A stretch of DNA of 64,000 nt, from contig OY776510.1 of the NCBI GenBank assembly GCA_963675665.1, positions 2,880,001-2,944,000 on the forward strand, read 5' to 3'. Every line of letters begins with the position of its first letter. Position 1 is the stretch's first letter. The notes below the pieces were generated by a model. It saw only the letters and a list, made by a program, of their open reading frames with translations, ran no database searches and was not told the DNA's origin. Both the position numbers and the translations under genes were made by a program. Shown here piece after piece: positions 27,215 to 37,611 of the stretch. Origin of the DNA: Spirochaetia bacterium (GTDB lineage Bacteria; Spirochaetota; Spirochaetia; UBA9216).

Positions 27215-28516
27215 CTACAGGCCGCGTTCTTTCAAAGCGTTGCCGTGGGTTATAAAACCTTCATAGTCCGCTAATGCTTTTACATGGCCGGCCGCGGATT
27301 TAAGTCCGTTGCCTGTTGCGTATACTACCGAGGAGTACTTGATAAAATCCCTGACCGATACCGCCGACCAGGTTTTTGCCCCGCCGCCTGTAGGCAGTAC
27401 GGCATTTGCCCCGGTGGAATAATTGGCAATTGAGAACGGGGTATTCTCGCCAAGCAGAATTTCTCCGGCGTTTTCAATTAAAGCCAGGGTCTCGAACGGA
27501 TCAGCAGTTTGAATCTGAAGATGTTCCGGGGCAAACTCATTAATAATTTCCGCAGCCTCTTCAAGAGTTCGGGTTATGATGATGCCGCCGTAGCCTGAAA
27601 GGACATCCTGAACGAAGGTCCTGCGCGGTTCAGGCAGTGCCTCAGTCTTTTTTCGCATTACAGCGGCCGCCTTCTCTGCGAGCTTTTCCGAGGGTGTAAT
27701 CAGAAGGGCTGATGAATCTGAACCGTGTTCGGCTTCAATCATCAGATCAAGCGCAGTTTTAACCGGGTCAGCCGATTCATCGGCCAGCACTATCGATTCG
27801 GAAGGACCGGCGGGCAGGCCGGTATCGACCTTTGAGGCGAGCAGCCGTTTTGCCGCCGCAACGTACATGCTGCCGGGGCCCGACAGCTTCACTACAGGTT
27901 TTATCGATTCGGTACCGAGCGCCAGGGCGGCTACAGCTTGAGCACCTCCGACACGGTATATTTCATGAACTCCGCAGAGCTTTGCCGCATACAGACAGGC
28001 AGGGTCTACTGAACCGTCTTTATTCGGCGGCGTAACAACTACAACACGTTTTACGCCGGCAATCGCCGCGGGAACCGCAAGCATATACAGCATCGACGGA
28101 AAACTTCCCCTGCCGCGGGGCACGTAAAGTCCGGCCGATGAAACAGCGGACGGGCGCTCCCCGGCGTATATGCCCGGGCTGATCTCGGCAAAGCTCATTT
28201 TCGGCGGGACCTGTTCCCTGTGGAATTTTTTTACGTTGTTAATCGAGTATTCGATTGCGGCCTTAACCTCATTGCTGATAAGCGATTCCGCCCGGATAAA
28301 CTCATCTTCCTGAACAGCCAGCGGAAGACTTCTGATATCGGCGCCGTCAAATTTTAGCGTCAGTTCTTTAAGCGCCGAATCTCCGTCTTTTTTGACGGAA
28401 TCTATAATAGAGCTTACCGAATCCGTAACTTCGGAAATATTCAGCTCCGAACGGGCAAAAATTCTCCCGCGTTCTGCTTTGTCAAGTTTAGCCCAATTGT
28501 GTATGTTTATATTCAT
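27215..28516 (-). CDS. hisD: Histidinol dehydrogenase
   Basis: 'GLYVP', 'GGAQAVAALA.GT', 'AGPSE', 'EAEH', 'APEHL'. Confidence 0.93.
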   Translation of the reverse strand: MNINIHNWAKLDKAERGRIFARSELNISEVTDSVSSIIDSVKKDGDSALKELTLKFDGADIRSLPLAVQEDEFIRAESLISNEVKAAIEYSINNVKKFHREQVPPKMSFAEISPGIYAGERPSAVSSAGLYVPRGRGSFPSMLYMLAVPAAIAGVKRVVVVTPPNKDGSVDPACLYAAKLCGVHEIYRVGGAQAVAALALGTESIKPVVKLSGPGSMYVAAAKRLLASKVDTGLPAGPSESIVLADESADPVKTALDLMIEAEHGSDSSALLITPSEKLAEKAAAVMRKKTEALPEPRRTFVQDVLSGYGGIIITRTLEEAAEIINEFAPEHLQIQTADPFETLALIENAGEILLGENTPFSIANYSTGANAVLPTGGGAKTWSAVSVRDFIKYSSVVYATGNGLKSAAGHVKALADYEGFITHGNALKERGL

Positions 28517-28595
28517 ATGGCATATAATATAACGATAGGACCGTTTTGTCATCATCACGTTGAAATGGAACCAAAAAAGTAATATATTCGATAGT

Positions 28596-30251
28596 ATGAT
28601 ATTGAGGCGTTTTTCTTTATTACCTGTATTATTAACAATAATTGCTGTTTCGCTGATATTTACTTCGTGCGCACAGAAATACTCACTTACTGTCTCTGGG
28701 GCAACCGGCGGAAGTGTTTCACTGTCTCCGTCAGACGGGACCTATAAGGCCGGTACTGTTATAACCCTGACTGCATCCGCCGCCAGCGGGTATTATTTTA
28801 CGGGCTGGGGTAATATTGATAAATATTCTGAAGATTACGCTACGGATAACAGTATAGAAATCATAATGCCCGAGCAAAACCTGGATCTTTCTGTGGGTTT
28901 TGCCGTTCCCGGCGAAGGCTGGACCTTTATGCTCTATATGTCAGGCGATCAAATAGAGAGGAGCCTCTCGACTAATGTCGGTATTGATCTGAACGAAATG
29001 GAAGAAGGCCTGTGGAATGCGATACAGGCCGGCAACCCCTCTGTTGCGGGCGATGTAAGAGTGCTTGCTCTTACGGACCGAAAGTATGCGGGAGATTCAA
29101 AGCTATACCTGGTAGCTCCCGACAATACTTTAACCCTGGTGTCTTCAGAAATAGTCGACGGGCCGTATACGTCGGGCAATGAACTGAATATGGGAGATCC
29201 TGATACGCTGAAAAGCTTTATTCAATACAGTATGGCCAGGTACCCGTCGGAATATAACGCCCTTGTGCTGTGGAACCACGGCGGAGGAGTAAAGAGTCTG
29301 GATTTCAGTACTGCCGACAGCCGGGAGATCTGTTCGGACGATGAGAGCGATGATGTTCTGTTTCTTAATGAACTGGATACGGCCGTTGGACAGGCTTTAA
29401 GCGGCAACGGGGGCAGTATTGACATTATCGGAATGGACGCCTGTATCATGGGCGAGGTTGAAACCGCATACGAACTGCGGGACCATACCGATTATTTTGT
29501 TGCTTCAATGGCCAATGAATGGGGTGAAGGCTGGGATTACACGCTGATATTCGATAACTTTTCAAGCGCCGGCAACCCGCCCGCGCCGTCCTCAATGGCC
29601 GACATCCTGGTACGTCAGTATAAGGAATCGACCTACGGAATATCGAATCTTATGCCTAATACCCTTACCGCCGTTAAAACAGCAGGTCTGGAAAACCTTA
29701 AAAATGCAATCGACGACCTGGCAGATCTTCTGTATGATCCTGCCGGAGGAAACAACCAAACCTATTTTGAATCCGCCAGGGACAGTTCGGTATATTATTT
29801 TACTGCATCCTCGGAATATGAAATGGAATATAATCCTTACTATGATTTATATTCATTCTGCGAACAGATTGAAGGTTCCTTACTTGACCCGGCTATTCGA
29901 ACACAGGCCGGGGTTGTAAAAACCGCGCTTGCTGCATCAGTTGCCGCCTGTTACGCCGACAGCAACGGCTATATCGATCTTGATTATTATTACGAAACCG
30001 ACGATTCTTCAGCCGTGCGCGGGTTGTCTATCCTGATACCATTTGACGGAAACAGTACTGCTGGTTATCCTTACTATTCATACGCCTGGTGGTATGTATC
30101 CACCGAACATCAGTCTTCAGGCGGTTATACCCTTGGAGGGCTTGATTTCTGCACATACGACGACAGCGGCGATGTGGAAACCTGGCGCGAGCTGTTCGAA
30201 GCCTGGTATGACAATTATGCGTCCGACGGCTATACCCCCGGCAATTACTGA
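28596..30251 (+). CDS. Lipoprotein: InlB-B-repeat-like domain plus clostripain (C11) cysteine peptidase
   Basis: Lipobox 'FTSC'; 'ITLTA...GYYFTGW'; 'WTFMLYM', 'ELNMGDP', 'WNHGGG', 'MDACIMG..E'. Confidence 0.85.
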   Translation: MILRRFSLLPVLLTIIAVSLIFTSCAQKYSLTVSGATGGSVSLSPSDGTYKAGTVITLTASAASGYYFTGWGNIDKYSEDYATDNSIEIIMPEQNLDLSVGFAVPGEGWTFMLYMSGDQIERSLSTNVGIDLNEMEEGLWNAIQAGNPSVAGDVRVLALTDRKYAGDSKLYLVAPDNTLTLVSSEIVDGPYTSGNELNMGDPDTLKSFIQYSMARYPSEYNALVLWNHGGGVKSLDFSTADSREICSDDESDDVLFLNELDTAVGQALSGNGGSIDIIGMDACIMGEVETAYELRDHTDYFVASMANEWGEGWDYTLIFDNFSSAGNPPAPSSMADILVRQYKESTYGISNLMPNTLTAVKTAGLENLKNAIDDLADLLYDPAGGNNQTYFESARDSSVYYFTASSEYEMEYNPYYDLYSFCEQIEGSLLDPAIRTQAGVVKTALAASVAACYADSNGYIDLDYYYETDDSSAVRGLSILIPFDGNSTAGYPYYSYAWWYVSTEHQSSGGYTLGGLDFCTYDDSGDVETWRELFEAWYDNYASDGYTPGNY

Positions 30252-31285
30252 TTTCTGCTATCGTAATCGAGCCCCAGCAGGTCCTGGGCCACATAGTCAA
30301 GATACTTCTCAACTTCTTCTTTGTTAAGCGTGTAGTAGAATCTTCTTGACTCTCCCTTTGTTATATTCAGAAGTTCGGCATCGACCAGTTTGGTCATATG
30401 ATAAGAAAGCGTTGCCGGCTTTAAATCAAAATGGTTTGCAAGTTCGGTACTGTACCAGGGGCGCTGGGCGGTAAGCCGGAGTATTTCAAGCCGTTTCGGG
30501 TCTCCGAAACATGAAAAAAAGATATCGGCCCTGCTTCGGGCTGAATGGTGGAGTATACGCTGATCAGTGCCTCCGCCGATTACAAGGGTACGGGTTTTCC
30601 AGAATGAGGATATTTCGTTATCGCTGAAGAGTGAAAAATACATAACAATATCAGATTTATCGATATTCTCCCTGATAAAGCTTTGGAATCCCAGCTCCTT
30701 CAGATATGCTTCTCCCCCGTGCGAAAGCCTGTCCTTGTGCCATTCAAGCTTTTCCAGTTTCATTTTCTGAAAATGTCTGCTTGCCGGAATATATGCCTGT
30801 TCATGGAACTCGGAGTAGGTTCTGTGAAGTCTTTTCAGAAAGGCATCGGGTTCTTTTAAGAATCCAATCAGCAGTTCTGATTCTTCTTTTGGATCATAAC
30901 CGGGGTGAAGCCCTTCGTCGATAAGCGCCTCATATAGCCTTTCAACAGTTATATCTTTATGAAGAGAACCCAGTAACTCGTGGTTGATAAATGATTTGAA
31001 TTCCGTACCGGTTATTCCGGACAAATCCGATAAGAAATCTTCGACTGACTTGATTTTGTTGTTGTTAATGATTCTCATCAGGCAGTAAATCGAAACAAGA
31101 ATAGTTTTCTCAATCATCAGTGAAATATCATTCAGTAGAAAAGGCGACAGTGGTTTTTCAAAATTTGCGCACCATTCGGCAATTTCAGGTATGCCCGGAA
31201 AATCCGGGTCGGCAGGTTTGTTGCGGCACGCAAAGCGCTTTACGGCAAAAATGAAATCAACAGCATCGTTATCTATAAGTTCCAT
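30245..31285 (-). CDS. Transcriptional regulator with C-terminal ArsR-type wHTH
   Basis: 'DPKRLEILRL...ELA....LKPATLSYHM.KL...LL......RFYY.LN'. Confidence 0.85.
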   Translation of the reverse strand: MELIDNDAVDFIFAVKRFACRNKPADPDFPGIPEIAEWCANFEKPLSPFLLNDISLMIEKTILVSIYCLMRIINNNKIKSVEDFLSDLSGITGTEFKSFINHELLGSLHKDITVERLYEALIDEGLHPGYDPKEESELLIGFLKEPDAFLKRLHRTYSEFHEQAYIPASRHFQKMKLEKLEWHKDRLSHGGEAYLKELGFQSFIRENIDKSDIVMYFSLFSDNEISSFWKTRTLVIGGGTDQRILHHSARSRADIFFSCFGDPKRLEILRLTAQRPWYSTELANHFDLKPATLSYHMTKLVDAELLNITKGESRRFYYTLNKEEVEKYLDYVAQDLLGLDYDSRNQ

Positions 31286-31324
31286 TCTCTGATTTTATAA
31301 TGATTTGAATTAATTTGCCATAAC

Positions 31325-31346
31325 ATATTAGAAAAATATCTAATAT
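31325..31346. promoter_or_regulatory. Palindromic operator ATATTAGA-N6-TCTAATAT
   Basis: Perfect 8-6-8 inverted repeat in the divergent promoter region of the ArsR-type gene. Confidence 0.7.
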
Positions 31347-31382
31347 AGATATAAGAAAGCAATGTATTGAAGGAGTATGAAT

Positions 31383-31523
31383 ATGTTCCATTCAATAGGT
31401 GAGATTTCAATCATGTTAAAAGAGCACGGTAAGTATGTACGCCGAAGCTGCAAAAGTAAACTCAAAAACAAACGCAGAAGCCTGCCGTCAGTTCTATCCC
31501 TGATTTTCTCTGTTTTTAAATAA
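31383..31523 (+). CDS. Unannotated 46-aa basic small protein
   Basis: AAGGAG RBS 7 nt before ATG; MFHSIGEISIMLKEHGKYVRRSCKSKLKNKRRSLPSVLSLIFSVFK. Confidence 0.55.
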   Translation: MFHSIGEISIMLKEHGKYVRRSCKSKLKNKRRSLPSVLSLIFSVFK

Positions 31524-31571
31524 ATTTCATGATAAAATGAAGCAGTCAGTTATCGGAACGGAGGCTGTTGT

Positions 31572-32375
31572 ATGTTTGAAAATTATGAAATTGTTGAAGT
31601 AGACGATTCAAATAAACACACCTACTGCATGTGTTTGGAAGAGTGGTCGGATGAAATCAGGGAGGCCGGAGACAACAAGGCCTGCTGGTATGAAAAAATG
31701 AAGGACAAGGGACTGGGCGTTAAACTTGTGAAAGATCGTGACGGTACGATCAGCGGTATGATTCAGTATGTTCCGGCCGGATACGCGCCGTTGACCGGCG
31801 ACGGGTACTATTTTATATACTGTGTATGGGTCCATGGTCATAAACAGGGTATAGGCGATCGCAGGGGTTCCGGCATGGGGACCATGCTGCTTGAGGCTGC
31901 CGAGCAGGACATGCGCAGCAAAGGCGCAAAAGGTGCTGCAGCCTGGGGGCTGTCGCTTCCGATATGGATGAAAGCCTCCTGGTATAAAAAACACGGATAC
32001 AGGACTGTTCAGAAGGACGGTATCAGGCATCTTCTGTGGAAGAGTTTCAGTGAGGGCTCCGGGCCGCCGCAATGGCTGGAACTTAAAAAGAGACCGGAAC
32101 CATTGACGGAATCAGGAAAGCTGAGAGTAACCTCGGTTGTAAACGGAATATGCCCGGTAACGAACCTCGCGTATGAACGCGCAAAGGCTGTATCGGCGGA
32201 ATTCGCGGATTCAGTTGAATTCAATGAAATATGGACCGATGATCCGTCAATAATGAATGAGTGGGGAGTTTCGGACCTGCTGATTATCGGAAGCAGGGTA
32301 ATCGCCCTGGGTCCGCCTCTTCCGAAGGAGAAGATCCGCAAGGCTGTAAAAAAACAGCTCAGGAAGGACCTTTGA
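31572..32375 (+). CDS. GNAT acetyltransferase (YoaP-like)
   Basis: 'GMIQY.P', 'FIYCVWV', 'RGSGMGTMLL', 'WYKKHGY'. Confidence 0.82.
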   Translation: MFENYEIVEVDDSNKHTYCMCLEEWSDEIREAGDNKACWYEKMKDKGLGVKLVKDRDGTISGMIQYVPAGYAPLTGDGYYFIYCVWVHGHKQGIGDRRGSGMGTMLLEAAEQDMRSKGAKGAAAWGLSLPIWMKASWYKKHGYRTVQKDGIRHLLWKSFSEGSGPPQWLELKKRPEPLTESGKLRVTSVVNGICPVTNLAYERAKAVSAEFADSVEFNEIWTDDPSIMNEWGVSDLLIIGSRVIALGPPLPKEKIRKAVKKQLRKDL

Positions 32376-33981
32376 CAATCTTTCCGGCTGAAACAGTCAT
32401 ATAAATGCCAGCTCTGCGGATTTCTTCGGGTTCCATCCTGAACAGGTTGCCGTCTATTACTGCAATGTCGGCGGCAAATCCCGGCAGAAGCTTTCCGGTC
32501 AGGTTTTCGGCGTACATCTGTGTTGAAGAACCTGCCGTATACAGCGTCAGGGATTCCTCGACATTAAGTTTTTCTTCAGGGTTCCAGCCGCCTGCCGGGC
32601 GCCTGTCTTCATGCAGCCTGCTGACCGCGCGGTAAATTCCCTGCATCGGGTTCAGCGGTGAAACCGGATAGTCTGTCCCGAAAGCCATTTCAGCGCCGCT
32701 GTCAAGAATTGACCTGAACGGCCATGCCCACCGGCAGCGTTCACTGCCGAGGATACTGTGAAACGGATGTCCGGCGAATGTGTCGCTCCATAAATGGTCG
32801 GGCTGCACCGAAGCGGTGATTCCGAGGCTGCTGAAACGGGGAATATCGTCCGGATGTATATTTTCGATATGTTCTATAGTGTGTCTTGTGTCGTTGAAGC
32901 CGTTTTTTTTCCTGACTTTTTCGAATATGTCCAGACCCAGCCTGACAGCGCCTGCGCCGCATGCATGAAAGCGTATTCTGATTCCTTCCCGGTCAAGCAG
33001 GATTGCACGGTTGATTGTCTTTTCTATATCTACCAGAGGTTCCGCATTAAACCCGGGCCTGTCGGTATACGGTTCAACAAGTACGCCGGTGTGCATGGAC
33101 GCTGTGCCGTCAAGAAATTCCTTGACGCCGCTGAAACGCAGAAAATCCGAATCATACCGGCGGCGAAGTTCAAACAGCTCTTCAATATCGGTATTCATCG
33201 GAAAGACCGGATAAATACGGCAGCTCAGTTTTTTTTCATCCAGCAGTTTTTTATAGGTTTCGCAGTTAAGGGAATTAAAAATCTGAATGTCGCTGATTGA
33301 GGTTATTCCGTAATCAGCAGCGGTTTCAAGCAGGCTTTTGTACAATCCCTCTTCTGTCTCCTGATCCACTTTAAAAGCAGCCGTGAAAACAGGTTTCATC
33401 GCGTCCGGTTCAAGCAGATAACCCGTCGGTTCTCCGTCGTCTCCAGTGAATATTTTCCCGAGTTCGGGCTGTGGAGTATTTTTTGTAATTCCGGATGCAT
33501 GTAGCGCCGCGCTGTTAAGCCATGCGCTGTGCATTTCCTCGTTGAAAAGACACACGGGAGTATTGCCGAAACGGTTGTCAAGAGAATGCCTGTCAGGCAG
33601 TGTTTTCTCCGACCAGTTGTAGTTATTCCAACCGAACCCTGTCAGCCATTCGGTACCTCTTTCGGCCTTTTCTCCGGAACCGGAAAGATAAAACGAAGCT
33701 GTCTTTTCAACACAATCCCGCTCCGAAAGACATCCTGTCAGATCTACAGACCGGGCCTGAATACTACCGAGAAATCCGTGGATATGGCTGTCGCAAAAAC
33801 CGGGAATTATCAGCCGGTCTCCGCAGTCTATAACTGTTCGGCAGGAAGAATACTCTTCAGCCGAGGGTTCGCGGCGGTGAACCGCACTTATTATTCCGTT
33901 GGATATGATTATAGTTCCGGAAAATACGTCCGTTCCGTCTGATGCAAAAATGTTACGGCTTGCAAGAAGAATATTATTCAT
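32359..33981 (-). CDS. Amidohydrolase 3 (YtcJ-like)
   Basis: 'IIPGFCDSHIH', 'HTIEH', 'FGTDYPV', 'GKL.PG..AD'. Confidence 0.9.
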   Translation of the reverse strand: MNNILLASRNIFASDGTDVFSGTIIISNGIISAVHRREPSAEEYSSCRTVIDCGDRLIIPGFCDSHIHGFLGSIQARSVDLTGCLSERDCVEKTASFYLSGSGEKAERGTEWLTGFGWNNYNWSEKTLPDRHSLDNRFGNTPVCLFNEEMHSAWLNSAALHASGITKNTPQPELGKIFTGDDGEPTGYLLEPDAMKPVFTAAFKVDQETEEGLYKSLLETAADYGITSISDIQIFNSLNCETYKKLLDEKKLSCRIYPVFPMNTDIEELFELRRRYDSDFLRFSGVKEFLDGTASMHTGVLVEPYTDRPGFNAEPLVDIEKTINRAILLDREGIRIRFHACGAGAVRLGLDIFEKVRKKNGFNDTRHTIEHIENIHPDDIPRFSSLGITASVQPDHLWSDTFAGHPFHSILGSERCRWAWPFRSILDSGAEMAFGTDYPVSPLNPMQGIYRAVSRLHEDRRPAGGWNPEEKLNVEESLTLYTAGSSTQMYAENLTGKLLPGFAADIAVIDGNLFRMEPEEIRRAGIYMTVSAGKIVKGPS

Positions 33982-34558
33982 CAGGGGTTATCGCAGCCGG
34001 CATAAGCAAACCGCTGTTCTTCAGGCTGCCAAGATTGTAAAATGCTGCAAGTTCGGTAATTTTTTCGGGTGAAACAAATGCTTCGAGATTATCAGCTTCA
34101 ACATGAATCCAGCCCGGAGGTGTTCCCCGTTTCATAATGCAATCCTCTGATTTATACCAGCCATGTTTCAATTCAGCGGCTGTTATCATCACTTCGTCGG
34201 AAATAACGATTTTACATTCCGAAGATGTACGAATATAACCGGAATTGTCCCAGAGATGAACAATGGGACGATAATCAAAGATCGCACCGTTGATAATTAT
34301 TCTGCTGAAGACCGCCGGGATTTCAGAATATCTGAAAAAAAGCCGGCTGACGGACCCTTCGCTTCTGCTGCCTTCATGGGTTATTTCAGTTTCATAGGCC
34401 CAGCCGTCAGGCAGTTTGACGGTTGCGGATTCATTTTGATTGTCGCATTCCTGTACATCGACTACTGAATCATTTTCCTGTTTGCCAAGTGAGCTACAGC
34501 CTGATAATACGAATGTAAAAAAAACGAAAATAAAGATAAAGCCGGCAAAATTCTTCAT
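33974..34558 (-). CDS. Hypothetical lipoprotein
   Basis: Lipobox 'LSGC' after a hydrophobic stretch. Confidence 0.7.
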   Translation of the reverse strand: MKNFAGFIFIFVFFTFVLSGCSSLGKQENDSVVDVQECDNQNESATVKLPDGWAYETEITHEGSRSEGSVSRLFFRYSEIPAVFSRIIINGAIFDYRPIVHLWDNSGYIRTSSECKIVISDEVMITAAELKHGWYKSEDCIMKRGTPPGWIHVEADNLEAFVSPEKITELAAFYNLGSLKNSGLLMPAAITPDE

Positions 34559-34656
34559 ACGAATAATAATATCAGAATAAGAGCCGGAACGGAACCTGTT
34601 AAAACCTGAAAAAATACATTGTTGTTTGTCTTTGCTTTTTAATCTATAATAAACCG

Positions 34657-35502
34657 ATGAATCTGAATCTGTCCGGCGGAAAACCGCTTACAGTAAAACG
34701 TAAAGCTTTTGTTATGGGAATACTGAATGCTACGCCTGATTCTTTCTATTCCGAAAGCAGAAAACCTGCGCTTAATGATGGAATTGACGCGGCAAGGAAA
34801 ATGATTGAAGAAGGCGCTGATATAATTGATATCGGCGGCGAATCTACACGGCCCGGTTCCAGCTATATCGATGCAGGGGAAGAAATTAACCGGGTGGTGC
34901 CTCTTGTGGAAGCCGTTCGTCAGTTTTCCGACATTGTTATTTCCGTCGATACGCGAAAGGCTGCGGTAGCAGAGGCCGCTGTCAAGGCAGGAGCGGACAT
35001 CATCAATGATGTATCCGGAATGCGGGATGATCCGGAGATCGGTTTTATTGCTTCGCAGTATGAAGTTCCGGTTGTGCTGATGCATATCAGGGGAACTCCC
35101 GAAACGATGCAGCTTAACCCGCATTATACGGATACTGTAGAAGAGATAATAGACGAACTTGAATTATGCATAAGCCGTGCAAAAAGTTTCGGCATTGGTC
35201 CCGGGAAGATTATTCTCGATCCGGGAATAGGTTTTGGAAAAAGGCTTGAAGACAATCTGATGATTATGAAAAATCTGGATCGTTTTGTGTCGCTGGGTTA
35301 TCCTCTGCTTATAGGTCTTTCACGGAAATCGTTTATCGGGACAATTACCGGAACTGAAGTTCAGGATCGTCTTGCAGGCAGTATTGCAGCAAATATGTAT
35401 TCGGTAATGAACGGTGCGCAGATATTGAGGGTTCATGACGTAAAAGAAACAGTATCCATGCTTGATATCCTTTCGGCAATTGAAGGAGCCGGGAAAATAT
35501 GA
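34657..35502 (+). CDS. folP: Dihydropteroate synthase
   Basis: 'MGILNATPDSF', 'GGESTRPG', 'DPGIGFGK', 'SRK', 'RVHDV'. Confidence 0.95.
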   Translation: MNLNLSGGKPLTVKRKAFVMGILNATPDSFYSESRKPALNDGIDAARKMIEEGADIIDIGGESTRPGSSYIDAGEEINRVVPLVEAVRQFSDIVISVDTRKAAVAEAAVKAGADIINDVSGMRDDPEIGFIASQYEVPVVLMHIRGTPETMQLNPHYTDTVEEIIDELELCISRAKSFGIGPGKIILDPGIGFGKRLEDNLMIMKNLDRFVSLGYPLLIGLSRKSFIGTITGTEVQDRLAGSIAANMYSVMNGAQILRVHDVKETVSMLDILSAIEGAGKI

Positions 35503-36299
35503 GTTTTTTGAATGAATTCTGGGTTTTCAGCCAGATAATCAGACCTGTTCTCGACATAGCTATTCTTTCATTCCTGATTTACCAGCTGTATAAAATACTG
35601 ATTCAGACAAGGGCACTTCAGCTTCTTAAAGGCGCAATAATCATTGTTGTAATTTATGCAGCCGCCTATATTCTGGAGCTGGATACGCTTCGATGGATTA
35701 TGAATGCGCTGGCTACGGTTATAGTTATAGTTATAGCTGTAGTTTTCCAGCCGGAACTTCGAAGTATATTTACAAAAATAGGTCAGCGCGACTGGTTTAA
35801 ATCAAGCTCAGGGGCCCGCCCCCGTCAGATAGAATCGGTTTTAAACGCTGTTGATGTTCTTGCCGGCCGGCGCCGGGGCGCATTGATAGTATTCTCAAGG
35901 AAGATGGGGCTTAAAAATATTATCGATACCGGAACAATGCTTGACGCCGAACTTTCATCAAGCCTGATTTTAACCATGTTCAGTTATGATACTCCGCTTC
36001 ACGACGGAGCAGTCATAATTCTGAACGGAAGAATCCATTCGGCAGGATGTTTCCTGCCGCTGTCCGAGCAGACCGATATCAGGCGATCGTTCGGCACACG
36101 TCACAGAGCCGCTCTCGGGCTTGCAGAAGAGACTGATGCGGTTGTGCTTATTGTTTCAGAGGAGACAGGAGCTATTTCTCTTGCCTATGACGCCAATCTT
36201 TTTTATGATCTCTCAATTGAGGAAACAAGGCGGAAACTGAAGTATCTGCTTAACTCAAGAGAAGAAACAGCAGCAGCGGAGGAGAGCAGCTTTGCCTAA
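35499..36299 (+). CDS. dacA: Diadenylate cyclase CdaA
   Basis: 3 TM, 'FQPELR', 'LHDGA', 'GTRHRAA', 'VSEETG'. Confidence 0.93.
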   Translation: MSFLNEFWVFSQIIRPVLDIAILSFLIYQLYKILIQTRALQLLKGAIIIVVIYAAAYILELDTLRWIMNALATVIVIVIAVVFQPELRSIFTKIGQRDWFKSSSGARPRQIESVLNAVDVLAGRRRGALIVFSRKMGLKNIIDTGTMLDAELSSSLILTMFSYDTPLHDGAVIILNGRIHSAGCFLPLSEQTDIRRSFGTRHRAALGLAEETDAVVLIVSEETGAISLAYDANLFYDLSIEETRRKLKYLLNSREETAAAEESSFA

Positions 36300-37239
36300 C
36301 GGATTTTCCCAGATTATTCAACGGAACTGGCCTGCAAAAATTATTTCCGTCGCAGCAGCAGTTGTCCTGTTTCTGTTTTACAGGGCAACAAGCCTGGAGG
36401 AACGATTTTTTTCGGTGCCCCTTAATATTATCATCAATGAAAGCTATGCCGTAGCTTCGTCGGTTCCTTCAAGCGTAAAGGTCACTCTCAGAGGTTCGGA
36501 AGAGAGTATCTTTCTGATACTGGAAAATGATATTGAGGTGTATGCGGACTTTTCCGATCACAGCTCGGAAGGCCAGTTCAGAGAACCTTTGAAGTTTGTG
36601 AAAACAGGTTCGGCACAGAATATTGAAGAGCTGGAAATAAGGCTTGAACCTGCAGATCTGATGCTTGAACTTGAACGTAAAATCTCGCGTTCGGTTAAAA
36701 TACAGCCGCAGCTGACAGGCTATCCTGAAAAAGGTTATGAACTGGATCAGTACCTTCTGAGTACCGACGAAGTGATCGTTGAAGGACCCGAAAGCCATAT
36801 TGAGCAGCTTGCGTTCATTCCTACCGAAGATATTAATCTTGACGGACTGAATGAGGATTTTTATGTCAGAACCAGGTTTGATATACAGGACCCGTACCTG
36901 TCGTTTCCATCCGGGGATACTGTCGGGTTTCAGGGAGTAATAACTGAAATAGTTATAATAAAAACATTTGAGGATATCGGTCTGATCTATATCGATCTTC
37001 CTCCTGATTTGGATGTAAAAACCCCGGATGTTAAAGGCAGTATAAAAGCACAGGGGAAACAGCTTATGTTTGAATCTACGGCTACTGATGATTTTTCCCT
37101 TATCGCCGACTGTTCAGACATTGCCGGGCCGGGCGAACATGAGGTTGATGTAATGCCTATCGTCCCGGCAGGTACTGCCGTCCTGAGATACACTCCGGAT
37201 AAGGTAACAGTAGTCGTTCAGGATGCGGGCGGGTTTTAA
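36292..37239 (+). CDS. cdaR: CdaR/YbbR-domain protein
   Basis: N-terminal TM 'NWPAKIIS', YbbR repeats, follows dacA. Confidence 0.85.
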   Translation: MPNGFSQIIQRNWPAKIISVAAAVVLFLFYRATSLEERFFSVPLNIIINESYAVASSVPSSVKVTLRGSEESIFLILENDIEVYADFSDHSSEGQFREPLKFVKTGSAQNIEELEIRLEPADLMLELERKISRSVKIQPQLTGYPEKGYELDQYLLSTDEVIVEGPESHIEQLAFIPTEDINLDGLNEDFYVRTRFDIQDPYLSFPSGDTVGFQGVITEIVIIKTFEDIGLIYIDLPPDLDVKTPDVKGSIKAQGKQLMFESTATDDFSLIADCSDIAGPGEHEVDVMPIVPAGTAVLRYTPDKVTVVVQDAGGF

Positions 37240-37610
37240 TGATAATAGGAATCGGGGTTGATATTGTACATGTCGACAGAATTGAACACTGGATTAAAAT
37301 GCCCGGATTAATCGAACGTTATTTTCATCCTATGGAGATAAAAGACGCAGACGCAAGAAAAACTTCAAGAAGTCTATCTCTTGCAGCAAGATTTGCTGCC
37401 AAGGAAGCTCTTGGAAAGGCTTTGGGGACCGGATTGAAAGGAATTAAGCTCAAAGATATTCAGGTTGTATCAAATCATAACGGTAAACCTGATATCCTGG
37501 TTCACGGCACAGCAAAGGCAGTTTTTGAAAGATCCGGGGCGGCTGATATATTTGTATCAATGACACATGAGCGTGATAATGCAGTTGCGGTAGTAGTATT
37601 GGAGAAATAA
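37239..37610 (+). CDS. acpS: Holo-ACP synthase
   Basis: 'GIGVDIV', 'LAARFAAKEA..KALGTG'. Confidence 0.95.
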   Translation: MIIGIGVDIVHVDRIEHWIKMPGLIERYFHPMEIKDADARKTSRSLSLAARFAAKEALGKALGTGLKGIKLKDIQVVSNHNGKPDILVHGTAKAVFERSGAADIFVSMTHERDNAVAVVVLEK

Positions 37611-37611
37611 A

